From: Gammaproteobacteria bacterium
Lineage (GTDB): Bacteria; Pseudomonadota; Gammaproteobacteria; JBIOEC01
Length of the DNA: 32,000 bases
NCBI GenBank assembly: GCA_965279305.1
Contig: OZ257143.1
Location: 1,837,760 to 1,869,759 of the forward strand
Direction of reading: 5' to 3'
The translations under genes were made by a program, and so were the position numbers. Below the pieces are notes generated by a model. That model was given only the letters and a program-made list of their open reading frames with translations. It was not told where the DNA came from and did no database searches. Below are positions 14,804 to 25,090 of the stretch, piece by piece (positions within the stretch are counted from its first letter, which is position 1; each line of letters opens with the position of its first letter).

Positions 14804-15965
14804 AGTTCATGGAGAGGCGGAAACGATCGGAGACTACGCGTAGCCATCCACCCTTTTTAGCAGGTTCTAACGCGACTAGAGGCTTCTGATCAATCACTTT
14901 CTTATCTAGTTTCACTTCCACATTCCCGCACTGCTGCTTCTCAGCCACGGGCGCCTTCATACCATTATTCACATGAAACTCAAAATCCAGATTATCAAAC
15001 TCACCCTTAGGCACCGTCACATACCAATCATCCGGCACGCCTACTTCAATACGCTTCTTATCCCCCATCCAAATACGCGCCTTACTCACAGGTGTATAAG
15101 CATCTTGCAACTTACGGGTTTCATAATATTCAAAACCGTAGTCTAATAACTCTTGGCTTTGCTGAGTACGCGCTTTTACGCTCTTAGAACCCAGCACAAC
15201 CGCAATCAAGCGCATATCGTCACGTTTAGCAGATGATGCCAAGCAAAACTTAGCCGCGCGCGTATAGCCCGTTTTAATGCCATCTACGCTATCATCCCAC
15301 CACAACAATAAATTCGGATTACTTTTTCTCACACCTTTATACGTAAATGATTTTTTAGAATACTTAGGATAGGTTTCAGGAAAATCATTAATTAAAGCTC
15401 TAGCCAAAATAGCCAAATCCCGTGCACTACTATAATGATTGTCTTCGGTTAAACCATGAGGATTAGCAAAGCGGGTATTTTTCATGCCTAAGCGCCTAGC
15501 TTCACGATTCATTCTATTTACAAATTCATCTTCGCTGCCGGAAATAAATTCGGCTAGCGCCACGCTGGCATCATTCGCTGATTGAACTGAAACGCCATAC
15601 ACTAAATCTTCTACGGTAGGTTCATTGGTAGGTTTATGAAACATACGCACCCGTTCAACGCGCACGGCATTGTTAGTGATAGGAACGCGTTGGTTCTTTT
15701 TAATTCTGCCCGCTTTAATTTCTTGATCGACAATATAGGCGGTCATCATTTTAGTAATGCTAGCAGGATGAAGACGTTTGTCAGGATTTTGCTCGGCAAG
15801 CACGATGCCAGAATTAGCATCCACTAAAATATAGGAATACACATCAAAACGAGGTGCAGGAGGAACTTGATAGATTTCGTGCGCAGATGCAAAGCACGTA
15901 GATAAGGAAAAAGTGAAAAGCAATAATAAGCGAAAGCAAAGACGTTTCATTATCACGGCAGACAT
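14802..15965 (-). CDS. D-alanyl-D-alanine carboxypeptidase, PBP5/6 (DacA/DacC) family; alternative start 15950 (MKRLCF...)
   Basis: Signal peptide; SITKMMT (SxxK), SANDAS (SxN) and KTGYT (KTG) motifs; PBP5-type C-terminal domain. Confidence 0.9.
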   Translation of the reverse strand: MSAVIMKRLCFRLLLLFTFSLSTCFASAHEIYQVPPAPRFDVYSYILVDANSGIVLAEQNPDKRLHPASITKMMTAYIVDQEIKAGRIKKNQRVPITNNAVRVERVRMFHKPTNEPTVEDLVYGVSVQSANDASVALAEFISGSEDEFVNRMNREARRLGMKNTRFANPHGLTEDNHYSSARDLAILARALINDFPETYPKYSKKSFTYKGVRKSNPNLLLWWDDSVDGIKTGYTRAAKFCLASSAKRDDMRLIAVVLGSKSVKARTQQSQELLDYGFEYYETRKLQDAYTPVSKARIWMGDKKRIEVGVPDDWYVTVPKGEFDNLDFEFHVNNGMKAPVAEKQQCGNVEVKLDKKVIDQKPLVALEPAKKGGWLRVVSDRFRLSMN

Positions 15966-15975
15966 CCTTTGTCAT

Positions 15976-16018
15976 AGTATATTACTTTTATAATATACTA
16001 CTTTCTCGCCGAAGCAAG
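15976..16018 (-). other. Two small hairpins between rplQ and the carboxypeptidase gene
   Basis: On the - strand: CUUGC-UUCG-GCGAG (16018-16005), then the perfect AT-only inverted repeat AGTATATTA-N6-TAATATACT (15976-15999). Neither is followed by a U-run. Confidence 0.3.
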
Positions 16019-16039
16019 GTTCCTTAAGTGATAAGAACT

Positions 16040-16429
16040 CTAGGCGGTAGCGCTGTTAGCTTCAACCGCTTCTGCGCGATCTACCCACTCAATAATAGCA
16101 CGAGGTGCGCTATCACCAGGGCGGAAACCACATTTGATAATGCGAGTATATCCACCACGACGATTGGTTGAGCGAGGAGCTACCATTTCAAATAGTTTTT
16201 TAACAGCATCTTTGTCACGTAAGCGAGCAAATGCAATGCGGCGTTTCGCCACGTTGTCTTCTTTCGCCATGGTGATCAAAGGTTCAACAACACGACGTAA
16301 TTCTTTTGCTTTAGGCAAAGTAGTATTAATTATTTCATGCTGAAAAAATGATACAGCCATGTTACGAAACATAGCGGTACGATGTGATGAATTTCTATTC
16401 AGTTTACGCCCGGATTTGCGGTGACGCAT
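16040..16429 (-). CDS. rplQ: 50S ribosomal protein L17
   Basis: [24 protein letters not shown] is the canonical L17 N-terminus. Confidence 0.97.
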   Translation of the reverse strand: MRHRKSGRKLNRNSSHRTAMFRNMAVSFFQHEIINTTLPKAKELRRVVEPLITMAKEDNVAKRRIAFARLRDKDAVKKLFEMVAPRSTNRRGGYTRIIKCGFRPGDSAPRAIIEWVDRAEAVEANSATA

Positions 16430-16457
16430 AACACTACTCTCCTAATAAGCCGCTGTA

Positions 16458-17450
16458 CTATTCGCCTTGGTTAGGCATTCCAGCTGGCGGCCAGTTATCA
16501 ATTTTCATACCAAGAGACAATCCCTTGCTATGTAACACTTCTTTAATTTCAGTTAGAGATTTTTTACCTAAATTAGGTGTTTTCAACAACTCAGCTTCGC
16601 TGCGTTGAATCAAATCACCAATATAATAAATATTCTCTGCTTTTAAACAATTTGCTGAACGCACTGTTAATTCTAAATCATCAACAGGACGCAACAAAAT
16701 CGGATCTAATTCACGAGATACTTTCAGAGAAGATTGACCTTCAATCGCTTCTAAATTAACAAACACAGATAACTGCTCTGCTAAAATAGTCGCTGCACGA
16801 CGGATCGCTTCTTCAGGATCAATCGTTCCGTTAGTTTCTAAATCAATAACCAATTTATCTAAGTCGGTACGTTGTTCTACACGTGCGCTCTCTACAGAGT
16901 ACGCTACTTTACGAACAGGAGAAAAAGAGGCATCCAAATACAAATGACCAATAGGACGCTCTGCTTCAGGATCTACAACGGTTTGCACCGGTTGGTATCC
17001 ACGGCCACGACGAACCACAATATTCATGGTCAAGTTAGCGTTAGGGTTGGTTAATGTAGCAATTAATTGTTGTGGGTTAATTAAACTCACACCATGATCT
17101 AATTGCACATCAGCGCCCATTACTAAACCTTGTCCACTGTGCTGAATTTTTAACTTAACTTCTTCGCGATTGTGTAAAACAAATGCAAGATTTTTTAAGT
17201 TCAACAAAATTTCAATAACGTCTTCTTTCACACCAGGAATGGTGCTGTACTCATGTAAAACGCCTTCGATTTCCGCTTCTACTACCGCACAACCTGGCAT
17301 AGAAGACAATAAAATACGACGTAAAGCATTACCTAGCGTATGACCAAATCCACGCTCTAGCGGCTCTAACACCACACGTGCATGGTAAACCCCTTGGCGT
17401 TGAACATCAACAATACGAGGTTTTAAAAACTGAGTAACGTTACTTAGCAT
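16458..17450 (-). CDS. rpoA: DNA-directed RNA polymerase alpha subunit
   Basis: 330 aa; LKPRIVDV...[17 protein letters not shown] and C-terminal [22 protein letters not shown]. Confidence 0.97.
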   Translation of the reverse strand: MLSNVTQFLKPRIVDVQRQGVYHARVVLEPLERGFGHTLGNALRRILLSSMPGCAVVEAEIEGVLHEYSTIPGVKEDVIEILLNLKNLAFVLHNREEVKLKIQHSGQGLVMGADVQLDHGVSLINPQQLIATLTNPNANLTMNIVVRRGRGYQPVQTVVDPEAERPIGHLYLDASFSPVRKVAYSVESARVEQRTDLDKLVIDLETNGTIDPEEAIRRAATILAEQLSVFVNLEAIEGQSSLKVSRELDPILLRPVDDLELTVRSANCLKAENIYYIGDLIQRSEAELLKTPNLGKKSLTEIKEVLHSKGLSLGMKIDNWPPAGMPNQGE

Positions 17451-17495
17451 GCCATTTTCTCCAGAAGAATAATATTTGCTCTCTATTAATGAGGA

Positions 17496-17906
17496 TTAGA
17501 TTCGTCTCTCTTTGGGCGGACGGCAACCATTATGTGGTACCCGTGTAACGTCCCATAAAGCTTCAATTGTAAAACCGCAAGCTGCTAATCCACGAATAGC
17601 ATATTCACGACCGGGTCCAGGACCTTCCACGTAAACTTCCAACTTCTTGAGGCCATACTCTTTTGCAATTTGCCCAGCATCTTCAGCTGCAATTTTTGCA
17701 GCGTAAGGAGTACTTTTGCGGGCACCTTTAAACTTCATTTTACCTGGGGTAGACCAAGACAAGGTGTCCCCAAATCGATCGGTAATAGTAATAACGGTGT
17801 TGTTAAACGCCGCTTTAATATGAGCAATACCGTCTACAACCTGACGTTTCTTCGCCTTTTTGCGAACTACTGCACCTTTTGCACTGGATGGTTTTGCAAC
17901 TGCCAT
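17496..17906 (-). CDS. rpsK: 30S ribosomal protein S11
   Basis: [18 protein letters not shown]...[12 protein letters not shown]. Confidence 0.97.
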   Translation of the reverse strand: MAVAKPSSAKGAVVRKKAKKRQVVDGIAHIKAAFNNTVITITDRFGDTLSWSTPGKMKFKGARKSTPYAAKIAAEDAGQIAKEYGLKKLEVYVEGPGPGREYAIRGLAACGFTIEALWDVTRVPHNGCRPPKERRI

Positions 17907-17920
17907 ATTAATTCCTTCAA

Positions 17921-18307
17921 TTATCCTTTAGCGACTTTGCTTTCGGTCTTTATTTGCGGCCCACCACGTTTACGACCACGACGGGTTTTAGCGTTTGTGT
18001 GAGTGCGTTGACCATGTACGGGAAGACCACGAATATGGCGTAAGCCTTCATACGTTTTTAAATCGACTTTACGCTTAATCGCCATTGAAATCTGGCGGCG
18101 TAAATCACCTTCCATATCATAAGCGGCAGCTGATTTACGTAGCGCCTCTTCTTGTTCAAATGTTAATTGGTTCACCTTGGTGGTAGGCGCTACACCGGTC
18201 GCTTCGCAAATTTTGCGAGCGCGAGTAGGTCCGATACCAAACACATAGGTTAACGCTATAATCACATGTTTGTTTGCTGGCAGGTTAATTCCCGCGATAC
18301 GCAGCAT
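17921..18307 (-). CDS. rpsM: 30S ribosomal protein S13
   Basis: [24 protein letters not shown]...[19 protein letters not shown]. Confidence 0.97.
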   Translation of the reverse strand: MLRIAGINLPANKHVIIALTYVFGIGPTRARKICEATGVAPTTKVNQLTFEQEEALRKSAAAYDMEGDLRRQISMAIKRKVDLKTYEGLRHIRGLPVHGQRTHTNAKTRRGRKRGGPQIKTESKVAKG

Positions 18308-18375
18308 ATTTTACTCCCCAATTACTCTATAAATTCTGTTTTTATATTCGTACAAAAAAGCCTCAGCGGCCACAT

Positions 18376-18404
18376 AGCATACGTGGAAACGGGCTTTGGG
18401 TCAA
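18376..18404 (-). promoter_or_regulatory. Candidate alpha-operon promoter (TTGACC-N17-TATGCT)
   Basis: On the - strand: TTGACC at 18404-18399 and TATGCT at 18381-18376, inside the 116-bp rpmJ-rpsM spacer. Confidence 0.35.
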
Positions 18405-18423
18405 GCCTATCTCCGCCCTTGGG

Positions 18424-18537
18424 TTACCCCTGGCGTTGCTTATGCTTAGCATTTTCGCATATCACCATCACGTTACTTCTGCGACGGATAACACGGCATT
18501 TTGTACACATTTTCTTAACGGAAGCACGTACTTTCAT
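18424..18537 (-). CDS. rpmJ: 50S ribosomal protein L36 (not in the ORF track; too short)
   Basis: Hand translation gives [37 protein letters not shown]. The RBS GAGGTGAGGA lies upstream. CxxC...C....H marks the zinc-ribbon form. Confidence 0.95.
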   Translation of the reverse strand: MKVRASVKKMCTKCRVIRRRSNVMVICENAKHKQRQG

Positions 18538-18549
18538 AATATCCTCACC

Positions 18550-18612
18550 TCAATAATACCCTAGGCTGCATGCCTCCAAGGCTACATACCCCCAAGGTTA
18601 CATACCCAAGGG
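18550..18612 (-). repeat. Four tandem ~16-bp units spanning the secY stop codon and the secY-rpmJ spacer
   Basis: On the - strand: CCTTGGGTATGTAA / CCTTGGGGGTATGTAG / CCTTGGAGGCATGCAG / CCTAGGGTATTATTGA. Confidence 0.7.
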
Positions 18613-19908
18613 CCCGCCCTTCATATTGGCTTTTTTCATCAACGACTGATAACGGGCTGACATTAAGTGGGTCTGTACTTGGGCAATAAAGTCCATCACC
18701 ACCACTACAATAATCAGCAAGGAGGTACCACCAAAATAAAACGGTACGTTCCAACCCATAATCAACAATTCAGGCATCAATGCGACACCTATCAGATAAA
18801 AAGCACCGAACAAGGTAAGCCTTGTCATCACACCATCGATATAAGAAGCGGTTTGCTGACCTGGTCTTATTCCAGGAATAAACGCACCATTCTTCTTTAA
18901 ATTCTCAGCCGTATCCCTTGGGTTATAAACCAAGGCGGTATAAAAGAATGCAAAAAATAAGATCGCAAGAGCAAACAATACTAAATACAACGGTTGCCCT
19001 GGCGATAACATTTGGCTTAAACCAATAAGCCAGCTGTTTCCTTCCCCTACTCCAAAAAATTCGGTCAGAGTAGCTGGAAATAAAATAATACTAGAAGCAA
19101 AAATAGGCGGAATAACTCCGGCCATATTGATCTTCAACGGCAAATGACTGGTTTGACCACCCATCATTTTGCGGCCTTGTTGGCGCTGCGCATAATTCAC
19201 AGTAATGCGTCGCTGCCCTCGCTCGATGAAAACCACAAATGCTATCACTAACACCACACCTACTATTAAAAGTAAAAGCACGATGGGCAGCAATTGTCCT
19301 TCACGAACTTGCTCAATAGTGTTGCCTAATGCAGCGGGTAAACCTGCCGCAATACCGGTGAAAATAATAATGGATATGCCATTACCAATTCCACGCTCTG
19401 TGATCTGCTCACCTAACCACATTAAAAACATGGTACCGGTAACCAAGGTCACAACCACTACTACATAAAAACCAAAACCGGTAAACAATGCTACACCGGA
19501 ACTCGCCAAATATTTTGCAAAGCCTAAGCCTTGAAATGTCGCTAAACCTAAAGTGGCATAACGCGTAATTTGACTAATTTTACGGCGGCCTTGTTCGCCT
19601 TCTTTTTTATACTGTTCTAGTGCAGGTGACACCATGGTCAACAACTGAACCACAATAGAAGCCGAGATATAAGGCATAATGCCTAGTGCAAATAACGTAA
19701 AACGTTCTAATGCACCACCCGAAAACATATTAAACAAACCTAAAATGGTATTTTGCTGCTGAGAAAATAATTCAGCTAAGCTTACCGGATCAATACCTGG
19801 AACGGGTATATGCGCTCCGATGCGGTAAACTAAAATAGCACCAAACACAAACAACAAGCGACGTTTGAGTTCGCCTAATCCATTAAGCATGCCTAGTTGT
19901 GTGGCCAT
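18598..19908 (-). CDS. secY: Preprotein translocase subunit SecY
   Basis: 436 aa, 10 TM segments, ...[16 protein letters not shown]..., position between rplO and rpmJ. Confidence 0.97.
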   Translation of the reverse strand: MATQLGMLNGLGELKRRLLFVFGAILVYRIGAHIPVPGIDPVSLAELFSQQQNTILGLFNMFSGGALERFTLFALGIMPYISASIVVQLLTMVSPALEQYKKEGEQGRRKISQITRYATLGLATFQGLGFAKYLASSGVALFTGFGFYVVVVVTLVTGTMFLMWLGEQITERGIGNGISIIIFTGIAAGLPAALGNTIEQVREGQLLPIVLLLLIVGVVLVIAFVVFIERGQRRITVNYAQRQQGRKMMGGQTSHLPLKINMAGVIPPIFASSIILFPATLTEFFGVGEGNSWLIGLSQMLSPGQPLYLVLFALAILFFAFFYTALVYNPRDTAENLKKNGAFIPGIRPGQQTASYIDGVMTRLTLFGAFYLIGVALMPELLIMGWNVPFYFGGTSLLIIVVVVMDFIAQVQTHLMSARYQSLMKKANMKGGPLGM

Positions 19909-19929
19909 AGTGATAAGGCTCGTTAGTTT

Positions 19930-20364
19930 CTATTCTTCAATGCTTCCGCCGGCTTGGAGAATGGCTTCACGTGCGCCCTTCGTTACTCCTAACCCTTTTA
20001 ATTTTACTGCTTTAGTTAAAGTACCACGACTAATAACTTTCGCACGTTTCATATAGTGAGGAATGATATTGGCTGTCATTAATGCGGCCAAATCAATTAC
20101 ATCTACATCTAATTTATTTAATTGTTCTAAACGCACTTCTGCGGTGTGCTTAGATACGCGAGAAGTAAAACCAAATTTTGGTAAACGTCTGTGTAAAGGA
20201 GTTTGTCCACCTTCAAAGCCAGCAGGAATGCTAGAGCCAGAACGTGCTGTTTGGCCTTTACCACCACGACCACCTGTTTTACCTAAACCACTACCTTGCC
20301 CACGACCTAAACGACGTTTTTCTTTTTTAGCACCGGGGTTGGGTTTTAAAGTATTTAATCTCAT
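19930..20364 (-). CDS. rplO: 50S ribosomal protein L15
   Basis: [38 protein letters not shown]. Confidence 0.97.
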   Translation of the reverse strand: MRLNTLKPNPGAKKEKRRLGRGQGSGLGKTGGRGGKGQTARSGSSIPAGFEGGQTPLHRRLPKFGFTSRVSKHTAEVRLEQLNKLDVDVIDLAALMTANIIPHYMKRAKVISRGTLTKAVKLKGLGVTKGAREAILQAGGSIEE

Positions 20365-20558
20365 TATCCTTGCTCCTCAACCTTTAGCAAATAGCTGATC
20401 TTGTTAACCATTCCGCGGTTTTCTGGTGTATCAATACGTTCAACCACTTGATTAATTTTACGTAAACCCAAACCTATTAAGCACTTTTTGTGAAGTGGCA
20501 AAATAGAAATAGGACTCTTAATTAATTTAATTCTTAACATTTTTTTGGACTTACTCAT
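20364..20558 (-). CDS. rpmD: 50S ribosomal protein L30
   Basis: 64 aa; [10 protein letters not shown]...[10 protein letters not shown]...TPENRGM; position between rpsE and rplO. Confidence 0.93.
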   Translation of the reverse strand: MSKSKKMLRIKLIKSPISILPLHKKCLIGLGLRKINQVVERIDTPENRGMVNKISYLLKVEEQG

Positions 20559-21082
20559 TAGGAAGCCTCTTTTAATACAGGTAAATCTTCAACCGATTTG
20601 CCACGTTTAGCAGCAATCGATTCAGGGGATGACATGGAAGCGAGTCCTTTAATCGTAGCCCAAACCACGTTAACAGGATTGCTAGAGCCAATACATTTTG
20701 ACAATACGTTATGAACGCCTACTACTTCAAATACAGCGCGCATTGCTCCGCCCGCGATAATACCAGTACCTTCGCCAGCAGGAAGCATAACTACTTTAGA
20801 AGCGCCATGACGTCCGTAAACTTTATGAAACAAAGTATGGCTATTCAATTGGATGCGAACCATGCGTCTGCGCGCATCTTGCATTGCTTTTTGAATAGCC
20901 GCAGGTACTTCGCGTGATTTACCACGACCTACACCTACGCGACCTTTGCCATCACCTACAACAACCAGTGCCGCAAAACCAAATATACGTCCACCTTTTA
21001 CTACTTTAGCAGTACGAGTCACTGTTACCAGCTTCTCTATCATGCCATCAGTTGTTGTGCCTTCATCAAATGTTTTAGCCAT
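20558..21082 (-). CDS. rpsE: 30S ribosomal protein S5
   Basis: [44 protein letters not shown]. Confidence 0.97.
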   Translation of the reverse strand: MAKTFDEGTTTDGMIEKLVTVTRTAKVVKGGRIFGFAALVVVGDGKGRVGVGRGKSREVPAAIQKAMQDARRRMVRIQLNSHTLFHKVYGRHGASKVVMLPAGEGTGIIAGGAMRAVFEVVGVHNVLSKCIGSSNPVNVVWATIKGLASMSSPESIAAKRGKSVEDLPVLKEAS

Positions 21083-21102
21083 TGTATAACCTTAATAAGT
21101 CC

Positions 21103-21468
21103 TTAGAATTCCAATCCGCCTTCACGTGCCGCATCTGCTAATGCAGATACTCGGCCATGAAACCTAAAACCAGAACGATCAAAAGCCACTTTTTTAATAC
21201 CTGCTTTTGTCGCACGCTCAGCAATTAATTTGCCGATAGCTTCAGCTGCTGTTTTGTTTCCAGTCGCTTTTAATTGTTTACGTAATTCTGGTTCAACAGT
21301 AGAAGCAGACACTAGCACTTTATCAGCACCTTCGTGTTGCTCTATCACCTGAGCATAAATATGCTGCGGTGTACGATGAACCGTTAATTTAATTGCATTT
21401 AGCTCACGAATTTTGCAGCGAGTACGAGTACCGCGGCGAATTCTGGCTTGTTTTTTAGATGACTTCAT
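21103..21468 (-). CDS. rplR: 50S ribosomal protein L18
   Basis: [10 protein letters not shown]...[15 protein letters not shown]...[26 protein letters not shown]. Confidence 0.97.
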   Translation of the reverse strand: MKSSKKQARIRRGTRTRCKIRELNAIKLTVHRTPQHIYAQVIEQHEGADKVLVSASTVEPELRKQLKATGNKTAAEAIGKLIAERATKAGIKKVAFDRSGFRFHGRVSALADAAREGGLEF

Positions 21469-21497
21469 CGCGCTTCTTCCTATTCTATTCTCTTATC

Positions 21498-22034
21498 TTA
21501 CTTTTTCTTCGTTTCTTTATGTTTAACATGTTCATCGCTATAACGTACGCCTTTACCTTTATAAGGTTCAGGAGAACGAATGCTACGAATATTGGCAGCC
21601 ACTTGGCCTACTAATTGTCTATCGATACCATGAATCACTACTTGTGTTTGGGTAGGTGTTTCAATAGTAATTCCTTTAGGAACATCAAAAACCACCGGGT
21701 GTGAAAAACCCAAAGACAAATTCACTTTGTTACCTTGCGCTGCTGCACGATAACCTACACCAATTAAGGTTAATTCTTTTTTGAAACCTGCGGTAACACC
21801 GGTTACCATATTTTGAGCTAATGCGCGCATAGTTCCCGCAATCGCTAATGATTGCTTTGCTTTACTCTTAGGAGCAAAACGCAACACATTTTCTTCAAAT
21901 TTTACTTCCACATCACCAGGTAGTGCTGTGCTAATAGTGCCTTTATTACCGGTAATGGTTAACAAAGTTGGCTCAAGCAATACTTTAACACCGCTTGGCA
22001 CACTAATGGGTTTTCCTGAAATACGAGTAGACAT
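21498..22034 (-). CDS. rplF: 50S ribosomal protein L6
   Basis: 178 aa; IGVGYRA...LSLGFSHPV...PEPYKGKGVRY. Confidence 0.97.
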   Translation of the reverse strand: MSTRISGKPISVPSGVKVLLEPTLLTITGNKGTISTALPGDVEVKFEENVLRFAPKSKAKQSLAIAGTMRALAQNMVTGVTAGFKKELTLIGVGYRAAAQGNKVNLSLGFSHPVVFDVPKGITIETPTQTQVVIHGIDRQLVGQVAANIRSIRSPEPYKGKGVRYSDEHVKHKETKKK

Positions 22035-22049
22035 TTTCTTTACCTTATC

Positions 22050-22448
22050 CTATGCCACTAAACAAATCACTTCACCACCCTGTCTCGTTTTGCGAGCTTG
22101 GTGATCCGTTATCATCCCTTTAGAGGTTGATACAATATAAATACCTAAACCGCCACGCACTTTAGGTAATTTTTCCACTGATTTATAAGAACGTAAACCC
22201 GGACGGCTTACACGCTTAATTTCAGAAATAACACCTTTGCCTTCGTAGTATTTTAATACCACGTTCAATACGGTTTTATTTCCATCCATCTTTTTTAATG
22301 CGTAAGAAGTAATATAACCTTCGTCTTTTAAAACGCGGGCAATTTCGTTCTTCACTTTTGAGCCAGGCATAGTTACATCAACGTGTCCTGCACTTTGTGC
22401 ATTACGGATACTGGTTAACATGCTTGCTATCGGATCTGTCATACTCAT
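22050..22448 (-). CDS. rpsH: 30S ribosomal protein S8
   Basis: [17 protein letters not shown]...RPGLRSY...GGEVICLVA. Confidence 0.97.
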   Translation of the reverse strand: MSMTDPIASMLTSIRNAQSAGHVDVTMPGSKVKNEIARVLKDEGYITSYALKKMDGNKTVLNVVLKYYEGKGVISEIKRVSRPGLRSYKSVEKLPKVRGGLGIYIVSTSKGMITDHQARKTRQGGEVICLVA

Positions 22449-22475
22449 AATTTCATAATCCTATCTAAATAATTT

Positions 22476-22781
22476 TTACCAGCTTGATTTTACTAATCCG
22501 GGTATTTCACCGCGCATTGCTAGTTCGCGTAACTTGCTGCGACCTAAACCAAACTTACTATAAACACCACGTGGACGACCCGTGATAGCGCAGCGATTAC
22601 GCATACGAACACGGCTAGCATCACGAGGAAAATCTTGCAACTTCATCATCGCATCTTCTTTTTCTTGGAAAGAAGAGGTTTGATCTTTTACTATTTTTAT
22701 TAACTCTGCGCGCTGAGTTGCATATTTTGCAACAATTTCCTTGCGGCGCTTCTCACGCAATTTCATACACAATTTTGACAT
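22476..22781 (-). CDS. rpsN: 30S ribosomal protein S14 (long, non-zinc form)
   Basis: [42 protein letters not shown] prefer ATG 22781 (GAGGA plus a 7-nt spacer) over the TTG at 22787. Confidence 0.95.
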   Translation of the reverse strand: MSKLCMKLREKRRKEIVAKYATQRAELIKIVKDQTSSFQEKEDAMMKLQDFPRDASRVRMRNRCAITGRPRGVYSKFGLGRSKLRELAMRGEIPGLVKSSW

Positions 22782-22798
22782 GCACAATTCCTCAATAT

Positions 22799-23347
22799 TT
22801 ATCTTTCTTTAAATGGAAACTTGAAAGCATCTAACAATGCTCTCGCTTCAGCATCAGTACGTGCAGTGGTATTAATAGTAATATCCATACCGCGTACCGC
22901 ATCAATTTTATCGTAATCAATTTCAGGAGCTACGATTTGCTCTTTAATACCTAATGTATAGTTTCCACGACCATCAAACGCCCGTGGAGTAAAACCGCGG
23001 AAGTCACGAATACGAGGAATATAAATACTCACTAATCTATCTAAGTATTCGTACATACGTTGACGACGTAAGGTTACTTTGCAACCAATCGGCCAACCTT
23101 CACGAATTTTGAAACCCGCTACTGATTTACGCGCTAAGTTAACCACAGGTTTTTGACCTGAAATTTTGGTTAAATCATCAATAACGAAATCCATTACTTT
23201 TTTATCGTTAACAGATTCGCCCGCACCTACGTTCAGTACGATCTTTTTAATACGAGGTACTTGCATAGGAGAAGTGTAATTAAACTTCTTCATCAACGCA
23301 GGAACCACTTCTTTTGTGTAATATTCTTGTAAACGTGCTGTGCTCAT
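22799..23347 (-). CDS. rplE: 50S ribosomal protein L5
   Basis: [20 protein letters not shown]...[12 protein letters not shown]... Confidence 0.97.
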   Translation of the reverse strand: MSTARLQEYYTKEVVPALMKKFNYTSPMQVPRIKKIVLNVGAGESVNDKKVMDFVIDDLTKISGQKPVVNLARKSVAGFKIREGWPIGCKVTLRRQRMYEYLDRLVSIYIPRIRDFRGFTPRAFDGRGNYTLGIKEQIVAPEIDYDKIDAVRGMDITINTTARTDAEARALLDAFKFPFKER

Positions 23348-23364
23348 TTTATCTTCTACCTACA

Positions 23365-23721
23365 TTAAGCTTTTTGATTAACGGGTTTGCCAGAGCTCTT
23401 AAACACTCTAACTTTTTTACCCTTTTCTATTTTATATCCAACGCGATCTGCTTTTCCTGTAGCTTCGTTAAAAATAGCTACTTTGCAAATAGGCATAGGC
23501 ATATCTTTTGGTTTCACTCCGCCTTCTTCGTTTGCACGAGGATTTGGGCGTACGTGTTTTTTCACTTGATTAATATTTTGTACGATTACCATTCCTTCAA
23601 TCGGATCAACATCAATAATTTGACCACGACGACCTTTATCACGACCTGCCAATACGATGACTTCGTCACCTTTATGCAGTTTGCGATTTAGGGGTTCTTT
23701 TTTCTTTATCATTTTTGCCAT
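23365..23721 (-). CDS. rplX: 50S ribosomal protein L24
   Basis: KGDEVIVLAGRDKGRRGQI...ATGKADRVGYKIEKGKKVRVFKSSG; the N-terminus is slightly extended compared with E. coli. Confidence 0.95.
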   Translation of the reverse strand: MAKMIKKKEPLNRKLHKGDEVIVLAGRDKGRRGQIIDVDPIEGMVIVQNINQVKKHVRPNPRANEEGGVKPKDMPMPICKVAIFNEATGKADRVGYKIEKGKKVRVFKSSGKPVNQKA

Positions 23722-23758
23722 AATAAATACCTAGTATAAATTCCTAACGGTTCTTTTG

Positions 23759-24136
23759 TTATAGCACTTCAGGTGCTAATGAAATAATTTTCATAAAGTT
23801 TTCTTTGCCGCCTGTACGTAACTCTCTGGTCACAGGTCCAAATATGCGAGTACCAATTGGTTGTAATTGGCCATTCAATAAAACAGCCGCATTGCTGTCA
23901 AAACGAATCAAAGAGCCATCAGCGCGACGGACACCATGTTTAGTTCTTACCACAACAGCGTTCAATACTTCACCTTTTTTCACTTTGCCACGAGGGCTAG
24001 CTTCTTTAACAGTGACTTTAATCACGTCGCCAATACCTGCATAACGACGCTTAGAACCGCCTAACACCTTAATACACAGTACCTTACGAGCACCCGTGTT
24101 ATCGGCTACCTCTAAGATGCTTTCTACTTGAATCAT
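23759..24136 (-). CDS. rplN: 50S ribosomal protein L14
   Basis: [28 protein letters not shown]...SLAPEVL. ATG 24136 follows GGAGCAAGTT; the track start at 24148 adds 4 residues. Confidence 0.96.
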   Translation of the reverse strand: MIQVESILEVADNTGARKVLCIKVLGGSKRRYAGIGDVIKVTVKEASPRGKVKKGEVLNAVVVRTKHGVRRADGSLIRFDSNAAVLLNGQLQPIGTRIFGPVTRELRTGGKENFMKIISLAPEVL

Positions 24137-24159
24137 AACTTGCTCCAACTAGCTTCATC

Positions 24160-24207
24160 GGGCTGAAAACAGCCCAACATTATATCAAAAATACCGTCTG
24201 ACGGCTA
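24160..24207 (-). promoter_or_regulatory. Candidate spc-operon promoter (extended -10 TGATATAAT) and leader hairpin GGGCTG-TTTT-CAGCCC
   Basis: On the - strand: TGATATAAT at 24187-24179, a weak -35 TAGCCG at 24207-24202, and a perfect 6-bp hairpin at 24175-24160 before the rplN RBS. Confidence 0.4.
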
Positions 24208-24223
24208 TGCGCCGTATGCCCTA

Positions 24224-24475
24224 TTAGGCGCCAATAACCTCACTCAACTTCCAGAATTTCTTCTTAGAAATCGGTCTAGAATGAGCAATTTTAACCCATT
24301 GACCTTCTTTTGCCACGCTGTCTTCATCGTGAACATAATACTTGGTACGTGTGCGAACATACTTACCATAAACAGGATGAGGCTCTTTGCGCTCAGACTG
24401 AACGATGATAGTTTTTTGCATCTTACCTGCACTAATCACTTGGCCAGTTACTAGGCGTTGTGTTGTTTCACTCAT
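24224..24475 (-). CDS. rpsQ: 30S ribosomal protein S17
   Basis: LVTGQVISAGKMQKTIIVQSERKEPHPVYGKYVRTRTKYYVHDE. Confidence 0.97.
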   Translation of the reverse strand: MSETTQRLVTGQVISAGKMQKTIIVQSERKEPHPVYGKYVRTRTKYYVHDEDSVAKEGQWVKIAHSRPISKKKFWKLSEVIGA

Positions 24476-24663
24476 GGCTTAACCTTTTCATTTAATAAAG
24501 TATTGATACGAGCAATGCGAAGCTTAGCAGCACCAAACAAATGGTTTTTATGCATTTGTCCGCTGGCTCTTTGCATGCGCAAGTTAAAAATTTCGCGGTG
24601 AGCCGCTTCTAATTCGCTTTGTAGCTTATCTGCTGATAGCTTACGTAGTTCTTTAATAGTCAT
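24472..24663 (-). CDS. rpmC: 50S ribosomal protein L29
   Basis: 63 aa; ELRKLSADKLQSELEAAHREIFNLRMQ. Confidence 0.95.
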   Translation of the reverse strand: MTIKELRKLSADKLQSELEAAHREIFNLRMQRASGQMHKNHLFGAAKLRIARINTLLNEKVKP

Positions 24664-25076
24664 TACATCACCGTACGTTTTTCAAATACTGTTCTTACTG
24701 ATAATTTAGCGGCTGCTAATGCAAACGCCTCTCTTGCCACTTCTTCAGGAACTCCACCCATTTCATATAACACTTTACCGGGCTGAACCATGGCTACCCA
24801 ATATTCCACGTTACCTTTACCTTTACCTTGACGAACTTCTAAAGGTTTTTGTGTAATCGGTTTATCTGGGAATATTCGAATCCAAATTTTACCATCGCGT
24901 TTGATGAAACGGCTGATGGCACGACGTGCAGCTTCGATTTCTCTAGCTGAAATACGTCCACGAGTAACCGCTTTCAATCCATATTCCCCGAAAGCGATCG
25001 AGCTGCCTCGAAGAGCCATTCCAGGATTGCGACCTTTATGTTGTTTTCTAAATTTTGTACGTTTTGGCTGCAACAT
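24663..25076 (-). CDS. rplP: 50S ribosomal protein L16
   Basis: [17 protein letters not shown]... Confidence 0.97.
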   Translation of the reverse strand: MLQPKRTKFRKQHKGRNPGMALRGSSIAFGEYGLKAVTRGRISAREIEAARRAISRFIKRDGKIWIRIFPDKPITQKPLEVRQGKGKGNVEYWVAMVQPGKVLYEMGGVPEEVAREAFALAAAKLSVRTVFEKRTVM

Positions 25077-25090
25077 TTAACAAACTCCTA

